Counted from the stretch's first letter, positions 33,278 through 44,500 are shown. The stretch is DNA of 64,000 nucleotides from Lysobacterales bacterium (GCA_014946745.1 JADCRD010000001.1:1360427-1424426), one strand, 5' to 3'. Notes: generated from the sequence alone by a model not told the origin. Program-made: numbers and translations.

Positions 33278-36200
33278 ATGACCACACCCGAATCCCTCGT
33301 AGACCAGGCCGTCGCCGAAGGCGGCGCCTATGAAGTGCTGCGCGCGCGCTTGCTGGAGCAGGGCGGGCGTCTGCGTGGCCTCGCCGAAGGGCTGAATCGC
33401 CAGCGGCTGGACGAGTTCGGCAGCAGCGAGCTCAAGATCATCGGCCGCCTGCGCGTGCGCACCGAGCACAATGCGGTGGCGCGCGACCTCGTACGGGTCG
33501 GCGACTACCTGCTGTTCGGCTACAACGTGTTCCTGGGCCTGAAGCGCGAGACCCAGATCAGCGATGTGTTCGCGCTGTATCGCCTGGTGGAGGCGGAAGG
33601 TGGGTTCGACGTCGAGCCGGTCGAGCTTGCCAGCAGCTTCCTGGGCGGACAGAGCTTCGTGCAGGATTTCCGCGAGCTGTACGCCTACTACAAGAACACC
33701 CGCCTGCTGCAGCTGGTGACGCGCGATGGCCTGCTGCTGGCGGCGTTCCAGATCGGCGAGCGCCTGTCGGACGTGCGCGTGTTCCGCTTCAGCGTCTCGC
33801 CCGCCGGCGAGGTGCGTTATATCGACAACCGCGGCGAGCGCGACATCGCGCTGCCGCCGATCCATGACTTCGAGTGGACGCGCTGCGGCCGCGAGCACGT
33901 GGTCGAGGGCCGCTTTCCGCACATGAACGTGCTGGATCAGGTCTTTGTCGAGACCATCGGCGGCGACCTCACGATCAAGATCGAGAACAACACCGAGGAC
34001 GGCCTCGGCATCTACCGCGAGGCGGTCGATGACGCGACGCAGAGTATCGACGATGCCCGCATCGACTACGCGCGCGTCGGCGACCTGATCCTGCTGCGCG
34101 TGCAGCCCTACCGTGAGGAAGTGGTTCGCCACTTCGTCTACAGCCTGGTGGCGCGCAAGGTCTACCGCATCGATTCGATCGGGCAGAGCTGCGTGCAGCT
34201 GCCTGAGGACCACGGCATCGTCTATCCCGGCGGCTACGTGCTGCAGAACGGCGAGCAGCGCAGCTTCGAGCGCAGCATGCAGGGCATGCGCTTCAAGCGC
34301 AGCCTGCGCTCGCCGAACGGCGAAGACGTGCTGTTCATCTTCTACGAGCCGGAGAGCGGGGCGAAGGCGCTGTTCACCTACAACCTCATCGAGCGGCGCT
34401 TGGCGACGCCGCTGTTCGGTCACGGCTATGCGCGGCTGGAGGACGGCCGCTTCGTGCTGTTCTCGGTGGACAGCCACGAGCCCACGCGCGTGCATCCGAT
34501 GCAGGTCTGGCAGACGCCGTTCTGGAGCGAGGAGTTCGCCGCCGCCAAGCCGCCGGCAACGAGCTTCATGGGCCGCATCGGCAATGCCGAGCTGGTGCGC
34601 GGTATCTCGGATCTGCTCTCGCTGGTGCGCGAGATTTCCAGCGAGGAAGTCAGCGCCACCCGCTACAGCCTGCTGAGCCAGAACAGCCGGCGCCTGTTCG
34701 ATCTGCACCACTGGCTCGACAGCGCCGAATGCGCGGGTGTGGCGCCGCTGGTGCGCGAGATTGCTGGCACCGCTGAGTCCGTGCTGGATGAGTTCGAGAA
34801 AGTCGAGAGCATCCGCGCGCAGAGCGAGCGCAGTCTGCGCGAGGCGCGCAGCGCGCAGGGCGAGCTGCTGGCGCGGGCCCGGCCCGAGCGCTGCGAGAGC
34901 GTCAACGACTACGTCGACGGACTGTCCGGCCTGCAGGCCCAGCGCGGCCGCCTGCTGGCGCTGCGCGAGGCGCGCTACATGGACGTGGCCGCGGTCGATG
35001 CGCTCGAAGCCGAAGTCGTCGAAGCGCAGGCGCGTTTGTCGTCCGCGACCGGCGAGTTCCTCGCGTCGGCCGCCGCGCTGAAGCCGCTCGATCAGCGCCT
35101 GCGCGCGCTCGATGGCGAGGCCGGCAAGGCCCAGGGTGTGGCCCAGCTGAAGGCGCCGCTGGAGGGCATGGCCCAGCTCTCGCTGGATCTGGACCTGCTT
35201 TCGAACCTGTTGGCCGGGCTGCCGATCGAGGACGCGCAGCAGCGCACCCAGGTGGTCGAGACGATCTCCGAGCTGTACGCGCGGCTGAACCAGGCCCGTG
35301 CCCGCGCTGAGCAGCAGCGCAAGGCGCTGGGCACTCGCGAGGCAGTGGCCCAGTTCGGCGCGCAGTTCGCGCTGTTTGGGCAGAGTCTTGCCTCGGCGCT
35401 GAGCCTGTCGACCGACCCCGAGCGCAGCGAGGAGCAGCTGGCGCGCGTGCTGCTGCAGCTCGAAGAACTCGAAAGCCGCTTCGGCGAGCATGAGCAGTTT
35501 CTGCAGGACATCCTGGCCAAGCGCGAGGAGGTGCTGGAGACCTTCGAGAGCCATCGCCAGGCGCTGCTGGACGAGCGTCAGCGTCGCGCGCAGGGGCTGC
35601 ACGAAGCCGCGCTGCGCATCTTCGAAGGCCTTGCACGGCGCACCGAGCGGCTGCAAGCGGTCGAGGCCCTGCACGCCTTCTTCGCTGGCGATGCGCTGAT
35701 TCTCAAGCTGCGGGAGTTGGCAGCGCGCCTGCGCGAGCTGCGCGACAGCGTCAAGGCCGACGACATCGAAGCCCGCATCAAGGCGGCGCGTGATGCCGCC
35801 CTGCGCGGCCAGCGCGATCGCAGCGAGCTGTTCGAGGACGGCGGCAACACCATCAAGCTGGGCCCGCGGCACCGCTTCAGCGTCAACACCCAGGCGCTGG
35901 ATCTGACAATGCTGCCCAGAGGCGGCGAGCTCTGCCTGCATCTCACCGGCACCGAGTACTACGAGCCGCTTGGCGATGAACAGCTGACCCAACTGCGCGC
36001 GTTTGCCGAGCACACGCTGGAGTCGGAGTCTGCCCACGTCTGCCGCGCCGAGTACCTCGCCGCCAGCCTGTTCGAGGCCGCGCGCGCCGCCAGCGAAGCT
36101 CAGAGTCTCGCGACGCTGCAGGCTGAGCTCGGGAATCTCGATGCGCTGTCGAAGCGCCTGCGCGAGTTCACTGCTTCGCGCTACCGCGAGGGCTACGAGA

Positions 36201-38476
36201 AGGGCATCCACGATACGGATGCCGCGCGCATTCTCGCCGCCTGGCTGCCGTTGCGGCAGGCCGCCGGCCACTTGATCCATGCGCCGGCAGCACGCGCCCT
36301 GGCGGCACTCGCCTGGCAGGCACAGGCCAACAGCGACAGCGCCAGCCTCTGGCCGCTGCGCGCGCGGCAAGCGCGGCAGCTGATCGAGACTTTGGGCCAC
36401 GCCGCCGCCGGCGAGCGCTTGATGGCCGAGATCGCGCGCGAGGTCGAGCGCTTTCGCGCGGCAGCGGCCATCGAACTCGATGCCACGCTGAGCAGCGACG
36501 CCGCGCGCTATCTGGTGGAGGTGCTGGGCGAGGAGCATCCGCAGTTCCTGTTCACTGCGGCCGCGCGACGCCTTGTGCAAGGCTTGAAGGAGCGATTGGC
36601 CACCGGCCATCGCTGGGAGGATCTGCAGGCCGCCGCGGAGGCGCTGGCGGCGCGACCGGGCGAGGCCCTGGGGCTGTGGCTGCAGTGGTTCGAAGCCCTG
36701 TGCGCCGAACCCGCCTTCGCCGAGCTGGCCCAGCATGCCATCGAGGCCGCCGCACTCATGCGCGTGGAGGCTCAGCTGCCCACGCGGATCAGCGAAGCCG
36801 ATCTTGCTGTAGAGATCAGCGGCCTGCTGAGCAGCCATCCTCGTATCGAGCAGGGCAGGCTGCGCCTGCGCATCGACGACTTCGAGGCGCGCCTGCGCCG
36901 CCATCGCGAGCAGCATCTGCCCGGCTTGCGTGCCTTCCAGGCGCGTCGACACGCGCTGATCGAGGAAGGCCGCGCGCGCCTGCGATTGGCCGAGTTCAAG
37001 CCGCGGCCCCTGACCTCGTTCGTGCGCAACAAGCTGATCAGCGAGGTCTACCTGCCCATCATCGGTGACAACCTCGCCAAGCAGATGGGCACGGTGGGCG
37101 AGGGCAAGCGCTCGGACCTGATGGGCCTGCTGATGCTGATCAGCCCACCCGGCTACGGCAAAACCACGTTGATGGAGTACGTGGCGCACGCGCTGGGTCT
37201 GGTCTTCATGAAGATCAACGGGCCTTCGCTGGGCCACGAAGTGCGCTCGCTGGATCCGACCCAGGCGCCCGATGCAGGAGCGCGGCAAGAGCTGGAGAAG
37301 CTCAATCTCGCGCTGGAGATGGGCAGCAACGTGATGCTGTACGTCGACGACATCCAGCACACGCATCCGGAGTTCCTGCAGAAGTTCATCTCGCTCTGCG
37401 ACGGCACCCGCCGCATCGAGGGTGTCTGGCAAGGCCGCAGCTGCACCTATGACATGCGCGGCAAGAAGTTTTGCGTGGTCATGGCGGGCAACCCGTACAC
37501 GGAAAGCGGCGAGGTCTTCAAGATCCCGGACATGCTGGCCAACCGCGCCGACGTCTACAACCTGGGCGAGGTGCTGGGCGGCAAGGAGGACGCGTTCCTC
37601 TTGAGCTACGTCGAGAACTCCCTGACCGCGCAGCCGGTGCTCGCGCCGCTGGCGACCCGTGATCTCAACGACCTCTACAAACTGGTCGAACGCGCGCAGG
37701 GTCGCGAGTTCTCGGCGAACGCGCTCAGCCACAGCTATTCGACGGCTGAGCTCAACGAGCTCACGGCCGTGCTGAAGAACCTGCTGGCGGTGCGCGACAT
37801 CGTCTACCGGGTCAACCAGGCCTACATCGCCAGCGCCGCCCAGGCCGAGGCCTACCGCACCGAGCCGCCCTTCAAGCTGCAGGGCAGCTACCGCAACATG
37901 AACAAGCTGGCCGAGAAGATCTCCTCGGTGATGAATGCAGTCGAGCTGCAGAAGCTCATCGACGACCACTACCTCGGCGAGTCGCAGCTGCTGACCGGCG
38001 GCGCCGAGGAGAACCTGCTCAAGCTGGCTGAGATCCGCGGCACCCTGGATTCCGCGCGTGCAGAACGCTGGCAGGCGATCAAGCAGGGCTTCCAGCGCAA
38101 CAAGGCGCTGGGCGGCGCCGACAGCGACACCGGCACGCGGGTGATCGCGCAGCTGCATGATCTCGTTGCCAGCGTGCAGTCGCTCGGCGCGCAGGCCAGC
38201 GCAGTCAAGCCCGCGCAGAGCGCGCCCGAACTGATCCAGCTGCTGCAGCGCATCCTCGACGAGCAGGTGCTGAATCGCACCTTCTCGCGCGATACCGCTG
38301 CCGATGCCGCGATGTGGCTGGGTGGCCTGCGCAACGCGCTGGACGTGGGCTTCCGTCCTTTGGTGGAAGCGGTGCAGGCGCGCCAGCAGGGCAGCGAGGC
38401 CGAGCGTGAGCAGCTGGCCTCGCTTGTCCAGCAGGTGCAGGCGCTCAACAGAATTCTGGCGGCGCGGAAAAGCTGA
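33278..38476 (+). CDS. giant (1732 aa) AAA+ ATPase: N-terminal ~600-aa beta-rich domain, ~650-aa alpha-helical/coiled-coil region, C-terminal AAA_5/MoxR-like ATPase module and helical tail
   Basis: Walker A LISPPGYGKTTL (nt ~37141-37170, about residue 1290). Walker B VMLYVDDIQH. Sensor/Arg-finger region CVVMAGNPYTESGEVFKIPDMLANRADVYNL typical of AAA_5 (MoxR/McrB/dynein-like) modules. GC3-rich codon usage on the + strand. The antisense 1757-aa ORF is judged an artefact. Confidence 0.8.
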   Translation: MTTPESLVDQAVAEGGAYEVLRARLLEQGGRLRGLAEGLNRQRLDEFGSSELKIIGRLRVRTEHNAVARDLVRVGDYLLFGYNVFLGLKRETQISDVFALYRLVEAEGGFDVEPVELASSFLGGQSFVQDFRELYAYYKNTRLLQLVTRDGLLLAAFQIGERLSDVRVFRFSVSPAGEVRYIDNRGERDIALPPIHDFEWTRCGREHVVEGRFPHMNVLDQVFVETIGGDLTIKIENNTEDGLGIYREAVDDATQSIDDARIDYARVGDLILLRVQPYREEVVRHFVYSLVARKVYRIDSIGQSCVQLPEDHGIVYPGGYVLQNGEQRSFERSMQGMRFKRSLRSPNGEDVLFIFYEPESGAKALFTYNLIERRLATPLFGHGYARLEDGRFVLFSVDSHEPTRVHPMQVWQTPFWSEEFAAAKPPATSFMGRIGNAELVRGISDLLSLVREISSEEVSATRYSLLSQNSRRLFDLHHWLDSAECAGVAPLVREIAGTAESVLDEFEKVESIRAQSERSLREARSAQGELLARARPERCESVNDYVDGLSGLQAQRGRLLALREARYMDVAAVDALEAEVVEAQARLSSATGEFLASAAALKPLDQRLRALDGEAGKAQGVAQLKAPLEGMAQLSLDLDLLSNLLAGLPIEDAQQRTQVVETISELYARLNQARARAEQQRKALGTREAVAQFGAQFALFGQSLASALSLSTDPERSEEQLARVLLQLEELESRFGEHEQFLQDILAKREEVLETFESHRQALLDERQRRAQGLHEAALRIFEGLARRTERLQAVEALHAFFAGDALILKLRELAARLRELRDSVKADDIEARIKAARDAALRGQRDRSELFEDGGNTIKLGPRHRFSVNTQALDLTMLPRGGELCLHLTGTEYYEPLGDEQLTQLRAFAEHTLESESAHVCRAEYLAASLFEAARAASEAQSLATLQAELGNLDALSKRLREFTASRYREGYEKGIHDTDAARILAAWLPLRQAAGHLIHAPAARALAALAWQAQANSDSASLWPLRARQARQLIETLGHAAAGERLMAEIAREVERFRAAAAIELDATLSSDAARYLVEVLGEEHPQFLFTAAARRLVQGLKERLATGHRWEDLQAAAEALAARPGEALGLWLQWFEALCAEPAFAELAQHAIEAAALMRVEAQLPTRISEADLAVEISGLLSSHPRIEQGRLRLRIDDFEARLRRHREQHLPGLRAFQARRHALIEEGRARLRLAEFKPRPLTSFVRNKLISEVYLPIIGDNLAKQMGTVGEGKRSDLMGLLMLISPPGYGKTTLMEYVAHALGLVFMKINGPSLGHEVRSLDPTQAPDAGARQELEKLNLALEMGSNVMLYVDDIQHTHPEFLQKFISLCDGTRRIEGVWQGRSCTYDMRGKKFCVVMAGNPYTESGEVFKIPDMLANRADVYNLGEVLGGKEDAFLLSYVENSLTAQPVLAPLATRDLNDLYKLVERAQGREFSANALSHSYSTAELNELTAVLKNLLAVRDIVYRVNQAYIASAAQAEAYRTEPPFKLQGSYRNMNKLAEKISSVMNAVELQKLIDDHYLGESQLLTGGAEENLLKLAEIRGTLDSARAERWQAIKQGFQRNKALGGADSDTGTRVIAQLHDLVASVQSLGAQASAVKPAQSAPELIQLLQRILDEQVLNRTFSRDTAADAAMWLGGLRNALDVGFRPLVEAVQARQQGSEAEREQLASLVQQVQALNRILAARKS

Positions 38477-38594
38477 CGACGGTCCTCGCGGCCGCCCGCG
38501 GCGCGCGATCAGCGTGCGCTTGACGCGCACTTCCACGACGCCTAAGGTGCGCGCGTCGAGGTTCTATCGCTTCATGCAGATGAAGCGATTGGAT

Positions 38595-38800
38595 TAATAG
38601 GGAAGCCGGTGAGGCATGCGCTCGGGTCTGCATTCATTGAGGCCCAGGCTCAGCACAGTCCGGCACTGCCCCGCAGCGGTAATTGGAAACGAACGCCGTC
38701 ATCCGCACTGGTCTTCCAGACCGGGAAGCGACGGCCAGTAGGCCCGCGCATCTGCGCCCGTCCATAAGTCCGAAGACCTGCCTCGACCGGAGAGCGCTGC
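38595..38800 (+). promoter_or_regulatory. cobalamin (B12) riboswitch upstream of metE
   Basis: 5' AATAGGGAAGCCGGTGAG, a central GCCACTG-like element (CCGCACTGGTC...CCGGGAAG) and a B12 box AAGTCCGAAGACCTGCC (38766-38782). Followed by a GGAGAGC-GCT-GCTCTCC hairpin, a possible expression platform, ~200 nt before the metE ATG. A perfect hairpin ATCGCTTCATGCAGATGAAGCGAT (38566-38589) immediately precedes it. Confidence 0.65.
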
Positions 38801-39001
38801 TCTCCGACCGACCCGCGGGCTGTGGGCGCCGCTTGCGCACGCAGTCCGGGTTCGCCCGAGGGGGCGAAGGTCGCACAGCTGCGTTTCGCGCAGGCCCGCA
38901 AGGGTCTGCGGTGCTGTCCGCGTGACTCGGGCAGTGCGTGCTCTCACCCTGGCCGCGGCTGGCCTTCGCTCCTCATTGCCCCGTCATTGAGGAGCCACAC
39001 C

Positions 39002-41302
39002 ATGATGCACATCACCAACCTGGGGTTTCCCCGCATCGGCCGTCGACGCGAGCTCAAGCAGGCCTTGGAGGCCTACTGGAGCGGCGCGTCGGACGCCGCC
39101 ACCCTGCTCGAAAGCGCTCGCGAACTGCGCCTGCGTCACTGGCAACTGCAAGCGGAGGCCGGCGTGCGCAGTCTGCCGGTCGGCGACTTCTCGCTCTATG
39201 ACCATGTCCTCGACGCGGCGCTGCTGTTCGATGCCGTGCCGGACAGCCATCGCGCCCTCTACGAAGCCGACCCGCTGCTCGGCTACTTCGCGCTCGCCCG
39301 GGGTCTGCAGCGTGACGGCTTCGATCTGCGTGCGCTGGAGATGACCAAGTGGTTCGATACCAACTACCACCACCTGGTGCCCGAGTTGGTCGCGGACCAA
39401 GTGTTTCGGCTGCGCCCCGAGCGCTTGCTCCAGCACTGCAGCGAAGCGCGCGTTCTTGGCCTCGAACTGCGTCCGCAGGTGCTGGGCCCGGTCAGCCTGC
39501 TGCGTCTATCCAAGACCCTGGACGGCAGCGATCCCCTGGCCCTGCTGCCGCGCCTGCTGCCGCTGTACGCCGAGCTGTTCGAGCGGCTCCGCCAGCAGGG
39601 TGTCGACTGGCTGCAGGTGGACGAGCCCTGTCTGGCGCTGGACCTCGACCCCGCGCTGCAGGCGGCCTACGCGCAGGCCTTCGATGCGCTGCGCGCCAGC
39701 CCTGGCCCGCGTCTGCTCCTGAACTGTGGGTTCGGCGATCCGCGGCCCGCGCTGCCCTGGATTCGACGCCTTGCGCCTGCCGCGCTGCATGCGGACCTGT
39801 CCGCAGGGCTTGCGCCGCTGCCGGAGCTCGTCGACGGCGTGGGCGAGGGCATCCTGGTTGCAGGGGTAGTGTCCGGGCGCAGCGTCTGGCGCAGTGATCT
39901 GGATGCGCTGTGTGCGGGCCTGGCCCCGACCTTGAAGGCACGCGGGCCAGAGCGGCTGTGGCTCGCGCCCTCGTGCTCGCTGCTGCACCTGCCCATCAGT
40001 CTGGACGACGAACGGCAGCTGCCCGGGGCGCTGCGCAGCTGGTTGTCCTTCGCGCAGGAGAAGCTCGGCGAGCTGAACCTTTTGGGCCAGGCCCTGAGCG
40101 CGCCGGAAGATGCGCATGCGCTGCTGGCGCCGCAGCGCGCAGCGCTGGCGGATCGTCGAGTTTCCAGCCTGGTACACAGGCGCGACGTGCAGCAACGCGT
40201 GCTGGCACTGGATGTCGAACAGGCGGTCGAGCGCGCGCCCTTGGCGGAGCGTCGGCGCCTGCAGCAGCAGCGGCTGGCGCTGCCCCTGCTGCCCACCACC
40301 ACGATCGGTTCGTTTCCCCAGACCCGTGAGATTCGCCGGCTGCGAGTGGACCTGCGTGCCGGGCGAATCAGCCCAGGCGAGTACGCCGCGCAGCTCGCAG
40401 CCGCGACGGAGGCCTGCGTGCGTGAGCAGGAGTCGATCGGCCTCGATGTGCTGGTGCACGGTGAGTTCGAGCGCAACGACATGGTCGAGTATTTCGGGGA
40501 GCAGCTGGCGGGCTTCGCCTTCACCCGCCACGCTTGGGTGCAGAGTTACGGCTCGCGCTGCGTCAAGCCTCCCATCCTGTTCGGAGACGTCGAGCGCGCG
40601 TCGCCGATGACGGTCGATGCGGCAGTGGCCGCGCAGGCCTTGAGCACGAAGCCGCTGAAGGGCATGCTCACCGGGCCCGTGACCATGCTGCAGTGGTCCT
40701 TTGTTCGCGATGACCAGCCGCGCGAGCAGACCTGCCTGCAGCTGGCGCTGGCGCTGCGCGATGAGGTGGACGATCTGCAGAGCGCCGGCATCGGCATCAT
40801 CCAGATCGATGAGCCTGCGCTTCGCGAGGGGCTGCCACTGCGTCGCGCGGAGCGCGCCGACTACCTGCGCTGGGCGGTGCAGTGCTTCCGCCTGAGCGCA
40901 GGCGTGGCCCGGCCCGAAACCCAGATCCACAGCCACATGTGCTACTCCGAGTTCAACGACATCATCGAGTCGGTCGCGGCGATGGACGCCGATGTGGTGT
41001 CGATCGAAGCCAGTCGTTCGCGGATGGAGCTTCTGGATGCGTTCGTGCAGTTCCGCTATCCGGCGGCGTTGGGTCCCGGCGTGTATGACATTCACTCGCC
41101 GCGCGTGCCGCACGCGGGGGAGATGCGCGAGCTGCTGCAGCGTGCGCTGCAGGTGGTGCCGGCACAGCAGCTGTGGGTCAATCCGGACTGCGGCCTGAAG
41201 ACTCGCGACTGGCCCGAAACGCGCGCTGCACTGGCGGCCATGGTCGCTGTGGCGGCGGCCCTGCGCGTCGACCTCGAACGGTGCGAGACACCTGTGAGCT
41301 GA
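39002..41302 (+). CDS. metE: cobalamin-independent methionine synthase
   Basis: MMHITNLGFPRIGRRRELKQALEAYW...C-terminal HMCYSEF / zinc-ligand motifs (IQIDEPA, HSHMCYS). 766 aa. GAGGAG SD 8 nt upstream. Confidence 0.95.
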   Translation: MMHITNLGFPRIGRRRELKQALEAYWSGASDAATLLESARELRLRHWQLQAEAGVRSLPVGDFSLYDHVLDAALLFDAVPDSHRALYEADPLLGYFALARGLQRDGFDLRALEMTKWFDTNYHHLVPELVADQVFRLRPERLLQHCSEARVLGLELRPQVLGPVSLLRLSKTLDGSDPLALLPRLLPLYAELFERLRQQGVDWLQVDEPCLALDLDPALQAAYAQAFDALRASPGPRLLLNCGFGDPRPALPWIRRLAPAALHADLSAGLAPLPELVDGVGEGILVAGVVSGRSVWRSDLDALCAGLAPTLKARGPERLWLAPSCSLLHLPISLDDERQLPGALRSWLSFAQEKLGELNLLGQALSAPEDAHALLAPQRAALADRRVSSLVHRRDVQQRVLALDVEQAVERAPLAERRRLQQQRLALPLLPTTTIGSFPQTREIRRLRVDLRAGRISPGEYAAQLAAATEACVREQESIGLDVLVHGEFERNDMVEYFGEQLAGFAFTRHAWVQSYGSRCVKPPILFGDVERASPMTVDAAVAAQALSTKPLKGMLTGPVTMLQWSFVRDDQPREQTCLQLALALRDEVDDLQSAGIGIIQIDEPALREGLPLRRAERADYLRWAVQCFRLSAGVARPETQIHSHMCYSEFNDIIESVAAMDADVVSIEASRSRMELLDAFVQFRYPAALGPGVYDIHSPRVPHAGEMRELLQRALQVVPAQQLWVNPDCGLKTRDWPETRAALAAMVAVAAALRVDLERCETPVS

Positions 41303-41547
41303 TAGATGACCGAAACCTCCGGCGTGCCGCGCACCTTGGCGGGCGCGCGGCATGCCGGAGCCTGCGCCCCGAGCTCTCACGTCCCCGCACTCAGCGCAGC
41401 GAACCCGCAGTCACCCGGCGAGGACCTCGCGCCGCTGGCTCGCCGAGGACAAATTCAATCCGCGCGCGCTGATGCGCTCACCTCTGGCCGCGGACGACGT
41501 GCGCCGACGGCACGTGGTTTGCAAGCAGCGGCGGCCGAGCGTAGTGA

Positions 41548-44500
41548 GTGCGAACTCTTTCAGCATCGACGATATCGGCGGCGGGCGCCTGCGGGCGCGG
41601 TTTCGGCAGTGGAGCCCTTCTGGACGCGACGGCAGTGGCGACTTTCGTGAGCGGCATTCTGCGTCTTCAGCCGTTCGCGCGGATTCCTGTCGCGGCGCTT
41701 GCCGTCCTCCTCTGCGTCCTCTGTGCTGGTTTGACGCAGCGTGTCGCTGCTGCGAATCACGCGCCGCCGCGCGCCGCCCTCTCCGAGTACTACGCCGAAC
41801 GCTGGGGTGGACGCGAGGGCCTGCCGCACAACCTGGTTTCGGGCATCGTCCAGGATCGCGCGGGCTTTCTCTGGATGTCGACGCTGGAGGGCGCGGTGCG
41901 CTACAGCGGACGCGAGTTCCGCGTGTTCGACGCGGGCAGCTTGCCTGGATTGCGCGGCAACGCCATCCGCGCGGTGGCTGTGGATGCTGAAGGTCGCATC
42001 CTGCTCGCCACGACCCGCGACGGTATCGCACGCGGCGATGCTCAGGGCTGGGAGTTTCTGCGTCCCAACGGTCAGACGATTGTCGACGCCATCATCAGCG
42101 TGGCGCCTGGCGCCGCAGGGCGGGTATGGGCCGGCGGCGAGAACTCCGGCGTGTTCCGCTTCGATGCTGACGGCACCCAACGTCAGTTCACCACGGAGCA
42201 GGGCCTGCCCAGCAGCTATGTGAACTCGCTGGTCGAAGACGCGCACGGCCGTCTGTGGGTGGGGACGACGCGTGGGCTTGCGTGGATCGACGGCGATCAG
42301 GTCATCCTGCCCGCGGCGGATTCGGGGCTGCATGCCGGCACGGTTCTGGCGGTGCTGCCGCTCGCCGGGGGCGGCGCGCTGATCGGCACCGATCGCGGGG
42401 TACTTCGGAGCGATGCGGGCGGGCGCTTCGCGCCATTGTCCGAACGCTTGCCGCTGGACCAGGTCACCCGGCTGCTGCTGGATGGGCGCGGCGATCTGTG
42501 GATCGGCACCACCAGTCACGGCCTCTTGCGCATGAGCGCGCCGCTGGGGCCCGACGCCAAGATCGAGCGGCTGGACACCGCGGATGGCCTGCCCAACAGC
42601 CGCGTCTCCGCGCTGCTTGAGGACCGTGAGGGCAGCCTCTGGGTCGGCACCAACGGCGGTCTGTTCCGGCTGCGCCTGCCGCCCGTGCGGGTGCTGTCGC
42701 GCCGACAGGGGCTGTCCACGCCCTATGTGCGCGCGGTGGCTGAATCCGCCGATGGCGCCCTATGGGCCGGCACCAGCTCCGGGCTGTTCCGGATCGGCAG
42801 CGAAGGCGTGCGGCGCTTCGGCCAGGCCGAGGGCCTTCCCATGGAGTCGGTGCTGAGCCTGCTGGCCGAAGCGGACGGGGGGCTCTGGATCGGCACCGCT
42901 GCAGGCGGCCTCGCGCGCTGGGACGGCGAGCGCATCCGCGTGGAGGCGAGCCGCGCCTCCGGGCTCGCCGGGGATCAGGTTCGGGCGATCCTGCGCGCCT
43001 CGGACGGCGCACTCTGGGTGGGCACCACGCTCGGGCTGTCTGAACTGCGCGATGGCGCGATCCGCAACTGGACCGTCGCCGAGGGCTTGCCGCGCGATTT
43101 CGTCATCGCTCTGCACGAGGACGCGCGCGGTCGCATCTTCATCGGCACGTCGAACGGCGCCGCCATGATCGAGTCCGGACGTCTGGTCCAACTGCAGCTC
43201 GGGCAGGAGCCCTACAAGGACATCTTCGACTTCCACGAAAGCGCCGACGGCTCGGTGTGGATGGCGACGGACCTCGGCCTTCTGCGCTGGCGCGAAGGGC
43301 CGAGCGGGCGGGTGGGGCGCTCGGCCGGAGTCCCGGTCGATGCGGTGTTCCAGATTGTTCCGGATGCGTTCGGCGGCTGGTGGCTGACCAGCAACCGCGG
43401 TCTGTATCGGATCGAGACCGCGGCGGCAGAGGCCGTCGCAGATGGCCAGCGCCAGACGCTGCCGGTGCGTCACTTCAACGAGAGCGACGGCATGGAAAGC
43501 GCCCAGTGCAATGGCGCCGCGGGCCCTGCCGCGCTCGCGCGCAGGGACGGCCGTCTGTGGTTCGGTACGGCCAGCGGGCTGGCGATCGTGGATCCGCCCA
43601 GCGTGCTGCTGGCGCTCGCGCCGCCGGTGCCGACCCGGATTAAAGCGCTGCGGGTCGACGAGCGCAGTCTGGCGCTGGGCGAGGTCGTACGGATACCGGC
43701 CGGCAGCCGACGCATCGAGATCGATCTGGTGGGCATGAGCCTGCAGATGCCCGAGCGCATCCAGTTCCGCTATCGCTTGCGCGGATTCGATCCTGCGTGG
43801 ATCGAGGTCGGCAACCGCGACAGCGTGCAGTTCACGGCGCTAGCGCCGGGCCGCTACAGGTTCGAGGCGGCCGCAAGGAACCCCGGCGGCCGCTGGAGCG
43901 CGCCGGCCCCGCTGGTGCTTGAGATCGCCCCGCGCTGGTGGCAGCGCACGTGGGTGCGGGCGGTGCTCGCCCTGCTGACGCTGCTCGCTGTCGTCGCAGC
44001 GGTGCAGCTTCGCCTCGCACAGCTGCAGCGCGCGCAGATCCGGCTGCAGCGCCTGGTGGAAGAGAAGACGGCGGCCCTTGCCGCCAAAGCCCAGGCCCTG
44101 GCGCAGCTGGCGCAGGAGCGCGGGCAGCTGGCGGATCGCCTGCAGCTGCAGGCGCAGGCGTTCGAGCGCCAAGCGAGCGAGGACTACCTCACCGGCCTGT
44201 TCAACCGGCGCGCGTTCGATGCCCTGCTGGCAGACAGCTTCGCGGCCGCCCAGCGCAGCGGCGAGCCCCTATGCCTTGCCCTCATCGACATCGACTTCTT
44301 CAAGCGCATCAATGACCAGTGTTCGCACGCCGCTGGCGATGCAGCGCTGCGCGATGTCGCCCTGCTGATCCGCGAGCGGATGCGCGGCTGGGACATCGCC
44401 TCGCGCTGGGGTGGCGAGGAGTTCGCCGTGCTGCTGCCGAAGGCGGGGTTGGAGGAGGCGAGGCGCGTGTGCGAGCAGCTGCGGAGCGCGATCGAGTGCC

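Noticed and set aside
33263-38536. 1757-aa ORF on the minus strand fully antisense to the giant ATPase gene
   Set aside because: Arg/Ala/Leu/Gly/Gln-rich low-complexity translation with no motifs, typical of the antisense frame of a GC3-rich gene. The plus-strand frame carries clear Walker A/B and AAA_5 motifs and high GC3 codon usage, so only the plus-strand gene is called.
41318-41360. GC-rich hairpin after metE (CCGGCGTGCCGCGC…GCGCGGCATGCCGG)
   Set aside because: No U-tract. It could be a REP-like structure or simply a GC palindrome, so it is not called as a terminator.
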